Assembly: GCF_003334335.1 (NCBI RefSeq)
Contig: NZ_QOWQ01000073.1
Length of the DNA: 7,140 bases
Source of the DNA: Escherichia coli
GTDB lineage: Bacteria; Pseudomonadota; Gammaproteobacteria; Enterobacterales; Enterobacteriaceae
Direction: 5' to 3' (one strand)
Under the pieces are notes generated by a model that was not told the DNA's origin, made no database searches, and saw nothing but the letters and a program-made list of their open reading frames with translations. Positions 1 through 5,760 of this stretch are shown here, one piece after another (within the stretch, counting starts at the first letter, position 1; the number at the start of each line of letters is the position of its first letter). The position numbers and the translations under genes were made by a program.

Positions 1-32
<32 letters not shown>

Positions 33-775
33 CCATTTTTACTGTAAAACCGTGGCCAATATTACTTGACCACTACAAGTTAGCTGAGATGTTAAGCTGC
101 TGGCTGCATACACCTTGCCAAATCTAATCGCTGTTATCTTAACCAATTTCCAGGATACAAGGGGGCGATTACTGAGAATGCTCTCAGACTGTCACTCACC
201 AGATCGGATACGTTTACTGCTCAGGCGGATGCTTAATGCACTCTGTTCAGGTGCATTGCAGGTACGTTTTATGTACGCAGGTTATACGCCAGTTATCAGG
301 GATAACCCTGTGAGTACAACGCAATCTGTTGCTACTGGGTAGACTGGTCTGCTGATCACACTCACAGATTTATTTCACATATATGAACTCATGTGTTTGA
401 GCTCTCTTATATATTTATAATACCAATCAGACAGTCTTATCCCACCAGTGATACCTGTCGCCTGCCCACAGGTCACGGGCTGATGCACCACAACCGCCTT
501 CAAAAACAACTCTGCAATTATCAGAACGCCAGTTTTCCCCTTGTCTCACGAAAGTCCTCCCTCCTTTATCACGTGCGCGTGCGGAAGCATCGTTTCGCAA
601 CAATCACCCGACATACCGGTACGGCTCAGCCACCGCAATCCCCCCGTTTATCTCCTGACGGTTACATTCCCGATTATTTTTTACGTTTTTCCCCGGTTGT
701 TATGCCGGGGAAGGTGGTGCGTTGTTTTCATCACCAACGCCGGTTGAGATTAACAACATCCGGAGGAACATTTTC

Positions 776-982
776 ATGAATACCCCAGTTTCACTGATGG
801 ATGACCAGATGGTCGACATGTCGTTTATCACTCAGCTGACCGGCCTGACCGATAAATGGTTTTACAAGCTCATCAAGGATGGTGCCTTTCCTGCCCCCAT
901 CAAACTGGGCCGTAGCTCCCGATGGCTGAAAAGTGAAGTGGAAGCCTGGTTGCAGGCACGTATTACACAGTCCCGTCCGTAA
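776..982 (+). CDS. alpA: AlpA-family small HTH regulator (phage/island transcriptional regulator, excisionase-like), 68 aa
   Basis: Lies inside track ORF 722..982. I place the start at ATG 776, with GGAGG at 762-766. The product is MNTPVSLMDDQMVDMSFITQLTGLTDKWFYKLIKDGAFPAPIKLGRSSRWLKSEVEAWLQARITQSRP. Its size and layout match AlpA-type proteins: an HTH followed by FP.PIKLG.RS.RW...EV..WL. This is family-level recognition from memory and it is not the K-12 alpA ortholog sequence. Confidence 0.85.
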   Translation: MNTPVSLMDDQMVDMSFITQLTGLTDKWFYKLIKDGAFPAPIKLGRSSRWLKSEVEAWLQARITQSRP

Positions 983-1005
983 TTCCTGACCGTTATCCGT
1001 TCAAC

Positions 1006-1048
1006 CGCAGCAAAGGCATGATCCGGCCCCCGGAGGCATTTTGCTGCG
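1006..1048 (+). promoter_or_regulatory. nested stem-loop in the alpA-orf190 intergenic spacer
   Basis: Outer 9-bp stem CGCAGCAAA (1006-1014) / TTTGCTGCG (1040-1048). Inner stem TCCGG (1022-1026) / CCGGA (1030-1034). AGGCAT is repeated at 1014-1019 and 1034-1039. The structure ends 5 nt before the orf190 SD. There is no T-tract, so it is not a classical terminator. Confidence 0.4.
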
Positions 1049-1067
1049 CGCTAAAGGAGAGAATATT

Positions 1068-1640
1068 ATGCAAAAACTTGAAAACCGGTGTGAGCTGCTG
1101 CTCATCCAGCATCAGAAATGGATGACAAACGTGACGAGGCTTATCGTCGCTCATGGAATGGGGGCTCCGCATCTTCATGGTTATCACCGCCTGACCCTGG
1201 CCCACTTTTTTCTGCCAGAAAAAGGCACCATCATCTCAGTGGCACCACAGGGACTCTATCAGGTCGTCAACCCGGGAACACCACCGTTCATTCCTGCCAT
1301 TCAGGAAGGGTTAATGACCAGCATTCAGACCCATGAAATCATGCTGCTTACACATTTTAATCTGGGCGGCGTTTTACTCAGTGAGCTACATCGTCTGGGT
1401 GAAAACCGGCTGGCAAACAGGCTGAACAGCCTGCTCCGGCGTTTCAACGATCGTGATCTCTACCACACGCTGATATGGCTGTGCTGGTATGATCTGATGT
1501 GTGCTCACTCCATGCAGCCCTGGACTGAAGAGTTAAAGCATAAATCACATGCAGAGCTTGAAAACTGGGCTGTGGCGCGCAAACGGGAAAAGCGCGAGCT
1601 GGAACTGATGATTGACGAGTACCTGTTATACGCCTGTTGA
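1068..1640 (+). CDS. hypothetical protein, 190 aa, family not recognised
   Basis: The track ORF 1041..1640 begins at TTG. ATG 1068 has a strong AAGGAG at 1054-1059 (8-nt spacing), giving MQKLENRCELLLIQHQKW... It sits 85 nt downstream of alpA on the same strand, so co-transcription is plausible. There is no TM segment, P-loop or obvious HTH by eye. The C-terminus is charged and helical (KREKRELELMIDEY). Confidence 0.6.
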   Translation: MQKLENRCELLLIQHQKWMTNVTRLIVAHGMGAPHLHGYHRLTLAHFFLPEKGTIISVAPQGLYQVVNPGTPPFIPAIQEGLMTSIQTHEIMLLTHFNLGGVLLSELHRLGENRLANRLNSLLRRFNDRDLYHTLIWLCWYDLMCAHSMQPWTEELKHKSHAELENWAVARKREKRELELMIDEYLLYAC

Positions 1641-1679
1641 TTCATAACGCTCCCGGGCCTCCGCACACTTACTTTTCCT

Positions 1680-1711
1680 CCGTCACCCTCATGCAGAAGC
1701 GGGGGTGACGG
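1680..1711. terminator. weak hairpin between the convergent orf190 and DUF3987 genes (possible terminator)
   Basis: CCGTCACCC (1680-1688) pairs with GGGTGACGG (1703-1711), 9 bp with a 14-nt loop. No flanking U-tract on either strand. Only its position between two convergent stop codons suggests a terminator role. Confidence 0.25.
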
Positions 1712-1760
1712 GCATACTGCGATACCACCACTGAATAATCCGTCTCAGCAACAGGGAACA

Positions 1761-3251
1761 TTATAAGCCAAAGGATTGCTCATGCCATCTTATCAGTTTC
1801 TGGCTGTAGCACGCATTCAGTTCAGGCAGCGTGATATTGTTTATTTCGGAAAGCAGGACATAGGTGGTTTTTCCTTCCTGCACGACAGAGAGCCTGAGTT
1901 GAGATGCAAGAATGTTCAGCAGGACGTTCAGCTTTTTCCTGTTCCGGAACCGGCCCGGGCCACACTGGAGAATATAATTTTTCCTGACACGGGGCGGGCA
2001 TTCTCCGCGGCACTCCTCAATGAGCCAGTCGAGCAGCTCCCGGGCGTCCTGCAGCTGCAGTTCAGATTCGTCAGGTAACGCAAATAATTTTTTATATTCA
2101 TCTGTGTACCACGAACTTATTACGACAGCAGACGTCATGATATCGGCAGAGATTTTCCCTTCACCCTGACTGAAATACTGCAATAACGCAGCAATTCTCG
2201 CAATGTTTTCTGTTTTTTTTGAAACATGCCCCCGAAACTGGCTTAAGGGTCCGGAAGGAGACAAATCCTGCTCCAGAACATTATAGTGATCAATAAATAT
2301 TTTTTGCGCTTCAGGAGAAAAATGCAGACAATAACGTTCATCCTTACTGGATTTTTCAATACTGCCTCTGGCCAGTTCCATTAATCGTTCATGAAATGCC
2401 GTTAATGATCCTCCCGGGGTCACAGCTCCGTTAATAAAGCGTTTCCCCTGCGTGGTGGCAGGTTTACTGATTAGACAACGGGCAAGAAAACCACTGTCCC
2501 TGGCAACAGAACCTTTTCGCTCCATATATCGGTCAAAAAGACCGGGTTGTACCATGAGGGATAATGTCATTCTAGCATTTTCAATCATCTGTTCGGGTTC
2601 ATTCTTTCTGTCCACCGACAATACGGAGCCATCCCACATTTTGTTAATAAAAGGCAGCTCAGACAGGGTATACCCATCAAATATTATACCGGCTTCATCA
2701 GACATGATACCCACTGAACGCCACTGACCACAAAGCTGATCTTTAATTGCTGCTGTCGTGGCATCATTAAAAATGAATTTATATCTTACAGGTTTTTCCC
2801 CTCTGTTTTTCTGAAGCGCTTCCAGTTGTCTGAGCGTTTCTGACTCATCCGCGCCTTTGCGGAGTTCTTTATTCAGTTTTGACAACAATGCTTTTTTCTG
2901 CGCCTTTAAAAGCTCTTCCTTATTTTTCCATATCGTCAGTTCATTTTTGTGTCTGGAATATAACAGCATCTCCTGCTGGTACAGGGGCTCCATTAATAAT
3001 TTGTCCACTGCGGTTTTTCGTTCTCCGGACTCAGCAAGCGTCAGTAAGAAAAGAGAAACCGGCCCCCGCAGTGTATTCAGTCTGCAGACATCAATCAGAT
3101 TCTGGCAGACAAGTGAAACAGCGCCCAGGGCAGATGCTGCCACAAGCCCCAGGGGAGCCTGCGTGATTTGCTGAGCTTCAATAACGGCATCACGAATGAG
3201 TGGAGGCAGCGAGCTCAGGGGAAACTCATCAGGATACTGAAAGTATGGCAT
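1761..3251 (-). CDS. DUF3987 / YfjI-like island protein, 496 aa, with Walker A-like and Walker B-like motifs
   Basis: Track ORF 1761..3269. The preferred start is ATG at 3251 (minus strand), preceded by GAGG at 3260-3257 with 5-nt spacing. The N-terminus MPYFQYPDEFPLSSLPPLIRDAVIEAQQITQAPLGLVAASALGAVSLVCQ matches the conserved YfjI/DUF3987 N-terminal pattern as I remember it. AESGERKT (aa 73-80) resembles a Walker A and VGIMSDEAG resembles a Walker B. Confidence 0.85.
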   Translation of the reverse strand: MPYFQYPDEFPLSSLPPLIRDAVIEAQQITQAPLGLVAASALGAVSLVCQNLIDVCRLNTLRGPVSLFLLTLAESGERKTAVDKLLMEPLYQQEMLLYSRHKNELTIWKNKEELLKAQKKALLSKLNKELRKGADESETLRQLEALQKNRGEKPVRYKFIFNDATTAAIKDQLCGQWRSVGIMSDEAGIIFDGYTLSELPFINKMWDGSVLSVDRKNEPEQMIENARMTLSLMVQPGLFDRYMERKGSVARDSGFLARCLISKPATTQGKRFINGAVTPGGSLTAFHERLMELARGSIEKSSKDERYCLHFSPEAQKIFIDHYNVLEQDLSPSGPLSQFRGHVSKKTENIARIAALLQYFSQGEGKISADIMTSAVVISSWYTDEYKKLFALPDESELQLQDARELLDWLIEECRGECPPRVRKNYILQCGPGRFRNRKKLNVLLNILASQLRLSVVQEGKTTYVLLSEINNITLPELNACYSQKLIRWHEQSFGL

Positions 3252-4084
3252 AATGACCTCACAACACACAGAACATAAAGTACCGCAACTATTGCTACTA
3301 ATAGCAAAAATAGCAGCAGAATCAATACAGGATAAAAATTTCTGTCGATTTTCAGATTAAATAATAACCATTCGGTATTTTGTCGCTAAAGAATGTTAGA
3401 ATGAATCTGTGCGTCTACGGGCGCTCTCCGGAACACACATGTTGATTAATTTTCACACAACAACGTACCAGCAAAAAGCATCATCCAGGGTATTGCAGGT
3501 ACGGGTTTCCTGCCGGGAATAAACATAAACAGTTTCCCCGGAGTAACGCTTTCAGAAAACTGCCCTCCTGAAGAAGAATAAAATAAAGAAGATGACAGTT
3601 CCTGCACTGAATGCTGAGTACAATATTCTATGGACAGGATGACATTTTTATAAATAACAAAAACCATTTAATACTGATACATCAATAAAATACTTCCTCC
3701 CTGCTGACACAGATAAAATGCAACATTTTTTCTTCAAATACTTCTGTATAATCGCCAGCCAATGATGAGAATGGATTAAAATAACACTTCTTCGACAAAC
3801 ACAAAAACCAGCCTTCATTTTCACATCATCATCCAGTTTTAATTAAACCCTGACGAGCGACAGTATTTCAGTTCAGGAATTAAAAGCCAGCTATTACTCA
3901 GTAAAAACACCACCAACTAATAATATCTCAGCAGATATTTCCTGACCAGGATGACACATTTATTAAAGATTTTTAACAGGACACTTCACATTACTGAACG
4001 CTATTCCGACAGTATCACTACACAAATAAAAAAGGGAACTGGATAAATATTCATGCCGGAAGAATGGTGTAACAAAAGCATTTA

Positions 4085-4097
4085 ATCATTACGTGCG
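4085..4097. repeat. 13-bp direct repeat ATCATTACGTGCG, copy 1
   Basis: Exact match to 4209-4221. It lies 14 bp left of the palindrome. Confidence 0.7.
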
Positions 4098-4110
4098 TAT
4101 TCCTCTCTAT

Positions 4111-4140
4111 TCGATCACGGTTTGGCCAAACCGTGATCGA
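4111..4140. repeat. perfect 30-bp palindrome TCGATCACGGTTTGG|CCAAACCGTGATCGA
   Basis: The reverse complement of 4111-4125 equals 4126-4140 exactly. It contains GATC at 4113-4116 and 4135-4138 and a central TGGCCA. The palindrome does not extend beyond these ends (T4110/T4141 mismatch). Confidence 0.9.
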
Positions 4141-4208
4141 TTCAGATGCCATTTTGCAAGTACGCATGACCCGGAAGGGAAACACTTAACAACATGGTAT
4201 CAACAGAT

Positions 4209-4221
4209 ATCATTACGTGCG
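4209..4221. repeat. 13-bp direct repeat ATCATTACGTGCG, copy 2
   Basis: Exact match to 4085-4097. It lies 69 bp right of the palindrome. Confidence 0.7.
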
Positions 4222-4357
4222 CACTCTTATAAAAATACACAGCAGAAGCAAGATAACTCTAAACGTAAATTTAATATCTCCCACTGACTGCCCCGACAAT
4301 ATACTGAAAAATACTCACCTCAGTAAACATAAACACACCTGATAATCAGGCTGCAAG

Positions 4358-4441
4358 ATGAATATTTTTCTCCTTTACGGAGTAATCAGCCTGCTGTTTA
4401 ACAATAACCGCGTATTTTCATGGAAGGATATCACCCAATAA
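4358..4441 (+). CDS. speculative 27-aa small ORF MNIFLLYGVISLLFNNNRVFSWKDITQ
   Basis: ATG 4358 to TAA 4439-4441. Only a weak AGG (4348-4350) lies upstream. The N-terminal half is hydrophobic. It is the only small ORF positioned upstream of the 4528-4566 terminator. No homology recognised. Confidence 0.2.
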   Translation: MNIFLLYGVISLLFNNNRVFSWKDITQ

Positions 4442-4527
4442 CGGATAACTCCTGCCCTCCTTCATGTTAATACGCAACATCCCCATCGATTCCAAACAAT
4501 TTCAGACAGATATTATCTCCGTGAATC

Positions 4528-4566
4528 CCCCGCCACCTTTCCGGTGTGCGGGGTTTTGTCTTTTTT
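4528..4566 (+). terminator. intrinsic terminator 17 nt upstream of the yeeP start codon
   Basis: CCCCGCCACC (4528-4537) pairs with GGTG-T-GCGGGG (4543-4553), giving 10 bp with one bulged T4547 and loop TTTCC. It is followed by TTTTGTCTTTTTT (4554-4566). There is no T-run on the opposite strand, so it is + strand specific. Confidence 0.75.
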
Positions 4567-4582
4567 CACCGGGAATACATGT

Positions 4583-5455
4583 ATGAATCCGTCTGATGCC
4601 ATTGAGGCAATTGAAAAACCACTTTCTTCCCTGCCTTACTCGCTTTCCCGTCACATCCTGGAACATCTGCGCAAACTCACCAGTCACGAACCCGTGATTG
4701 GCATTATGGGTAAAAGCGGGGCCGGTAAATCCTCACTCTGTAATGCACTGTTTCAGGGGGAGGTCACCCCGGTCAGTGATGTTCACGCCGGCACCCGGGA
4801 AGTGCGGCGCTTCCGTCTGAGTGGCCACGGTCACAGCATGGTTATCACTGACCTGCCCGGGGTGGGCGAGAGCCGGGACAGGGATGCAGAGTATGAAGCC
4901 CTGTACCGTGACATTCTGCCTGAACTGGACCTGGTGCTGTGGCTGATTAAAGCCGATGACCGGGCCCTGTCTGTGGATGAGTATTTCTGGCGACACATCC
5001 TGCAGTGCGGACATCAGCAGGTGCTGTTTGTGGTGACACAGGCCGACAAAACGGAGCCCTGCCATGAATGGGATATGGCCGGCATTCAGCCCTCTCCCGC
5101 ACAGGCACAGAACATTCGCGAAAAAACGGAGGCGGTATTCCGTCTGTTCCGGCCTGTACATCCGGTTGTGGCCGTATCGGCCCGCACCGGCTGGGAACTG
5201 GATACGCTGGTCAGTGCGCTCATGACAGCGCTTCCCGACCATGCCGCCAGTCCCCTGATGACCCGCCTGCAGGACGAGCTGCGCACGGAATCTGTCCGCG
5301 CTCAGGCCCGTGAGCAGTTTACCGGTGCGGTGGACCGGATATTTGACACAGCGGAGAGCGTCTGTGTTGCCTCTGTTGCACGCACGGTTCTGCGTGCCGT
5401 CCGTGACACAGTGGTCTCTGTTGCCCGCGCGGTATGGAACTGGATCTTCTTCTGA
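4583..5455 (+). CDS. yeeP: YeeP/YkfA/YfjP-family prophage GTPase (50S ribosome-binding GTPase fold), intact, 290 aa
   Basis: Track ORF 4544..5455 begins at GTG inside a terminator hairpin. ATG 4583 gives MNPSDAIEAIEKPLSSLPYSLSRHILEHL..., which I recognise as the YeeP-family N-terminus. G1 P-loop is GKSGAGKSS, G3 is DLPG, and the G4-like motif is TQADK. The hydrophobic/amphipathic C-terminal tail is ...VVSVARAVWNWIFF. It lies directly upstream of agn43, as in CP4-44-type islands. Confidence 0.9.
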   Translation: MNPSDAIEAIEKPLSSLPYSLSRHILEHLRKLTSHEPVIGIMGKSGAGKSSLCNALFQGEVTPVSDVHAGTREVRRFRLSGHGHSMVITDLPGVGESRDRDAEYEALYRDILPELDLVLWLIKADDRALSVDEYFWRHILQCGHQQVLFVVTQADKTEPCHEWDMAGIQPSPAQAQNIREKTEAVFRLFRPVHPVVAVSARTGWELDTLVSALMTALPDHAASPLMTRLQDELRTESVRAQAREQFTGAVDRIFDTAESVCVASVARTVLRAVRDTVVSVARAVWNWIFF

Positions 5456-5526
5456 ACCTGTTGTGGATGATGTCCTCCTTGCCTCTGAGTCTGCTCACAA
5501 AAGCGCTGTTTTCGTTACTGTCTCTC

Positions 5527-5555
5527 TTGTCCGTGCAATAGCTTGATAATAGAAT
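5527..5555 (+). promoter_or_regulatory. candidate sigma70 promoter of agn43/isrC
   Basis: TTGTCC (5527-5532), a 17-bp spacer, then TAGAAT (5550-5555). This predicts a start near 5562, at the first GATC, which fits the known layout where the OxyR/Dam region begins around +1. Confidence 0.6.
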
Positions 5556-5600
5556 AAAACGATCGATACCTATTTTATCGATCGTTAATATCGATCGTTA
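5556..5600. promoter_or_regulatory. agn43 phase-variation operator: three Dam GATC sites within the OxyR-binding region
   Basis: GATC occurs at 5561-5564, 5580-5583 and 5593-5596, each in a CGATCG context. ATCGATCGTTA is repeated at 5577-5587 and 5590-5600. The position immediately downstream of the -10 matches the published Dam/OxyR switch of agn43. Confidence 0.85.
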
Positions 5601-5760
5601 TGCTAATAATAACTCCTGTTAGCAACGTGCACAGATACACACAGACATGAGATTCAGGGAACAACAGAGCCACACGTCAGAAACTTCCGTCAGCCGGACC
5701 TCCGGCACTGTAACCCTTTACCTGCCGGTATCCACATCTGTGGATACCGGCTTTTTTATT
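5562..5760 (+). ncRNA. isrC: agn43 leader / IsrC-like terminated leader transcript (~200 nt)
   Basis: It runs from the predicted start (~5562) to the leader terminator T-tract (5752-5760), which ends 28 nt before the flu ATG. In K-12, as I recall it, isrC (~195 nt) lies between yeeP and flu on the flu strand and ends shortly before flu. The boundaries here are inferred, not mapped. Confidence 0.5.
5724..5760 (+). terminator. intrinsic terminator inside the agn43 5' leader
   Basis: Perfect 12-bp stem GCCGGTATCCAC (5724-5735) / GTGGATACCGGC (5740-5751), loop ATCT, followed by TTTTTTATT (5752-5760). Confidence 0.8.

Noticed and set aside
115-342. Track ORF 115..342 (75 aa; TTG start; first in-frame ATG at 178)
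   Set aside because: No SD, no recognisable motif, and an Arg/Leu-rich sequence. It cannot be supported as a gene from sequence alone, though a small island protein cannot be excluded.
393-779. Track ORFs 393..779 (128 aa) and 541..747 (68 aa) upstream of alpA
   Set aside because: Both use non-ATG starts and have no SD. The products are Pro/Arg/Ser/His-rich and not protein-like. They are better explained as open frames in a C-rich non-coding leader.
993-1336. Track ORFs 993..1205 (-) and 1118..1336 (+)
   Set aside because: Both overlap orf190 in alternative frames or strands. They have no translation signals.
1776-3174. Track ORFs 1776..2078, 2452..2727, 2857..3174 and 2879..3166 on the + strand, and 1822..2013 on the - strand
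   Set aside because: All are nested in the DUF3987 gene, opposite or out of frame to it. That gene has a coherent family-like translation, and these do not.
3292-3315. TTGCTA-CTAA-TAGCAA inverted repeat plus a further TAGCA, 41-60 nt upstream of the DUF3987 start (possible operator)
   Set aside because: A 6-bp arm in AT-rich DNA is easily a chance event. It is noted only as a place to look if the promoter is mapped.
3446-3667. Minus-strand track ORF, 73 aa, in the AT-rich gap
   Set aside because: No SD, low-complexity Ser/Phe-rich sequence, no family resemblance. It is likely a chance ORF, or at most a gene remnant.
3633-3975. Imperfect direct repeat CAGGATGACA..TTTAT..AAA at 3635-3660 and 3947-3975
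   Set aside because: The exact core is only 10 bp. About one such match is expected by chance among all pairs in 1.3 kb of AT-rich DNA, and the extension is gapped.
4111-4140. The 30-bp palindrome read as a bidirectional intrinsic terminator
   Set aside because: No U/T tract follows the stem on either strand (downstream TTCAGATG on +; ATAGAGAGG on -).
4093-4287. Plus-strand track ORF, 64 aa, starting at GTG inside the 13-bp repeat and reading through the 30-bp palindrome
   Set aside because: GTG start without an SD, and a polar low-complexity product. The palindrome and repeats, which are DNA/RNA-level features, explain this stretch better than coding does.
4521-4530. GTGAATCCCC, which matches the first 10 nt of the ERIC repeat core
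   Set aside because: The similarity stops after 10 nt. The following sequence is the terminator hairpin, not ERIC.
722-4582. N-terminal extensions implied by track coordinates (722 for alpA, 1041 for orf190, 3269 for DUF3987, 4544 for yeeP)
   Set aside because: In each case an internal ATG has a better SD and gives the family-typical N-terminus. The 4544 GTG lies inside the terminator stem.
4733-5546. Track ORFs 4733..5242 (-), 5086..5286 (-), 5068..5313 (+), 5310..5546 (+)
   Set aside because: They are overlapping shadow frames of yeeP, or run-on from its 3' end into the agn43 promoter. They have no SD or recognisable motifs and their composition is Arg/Gly/Pro-rich.
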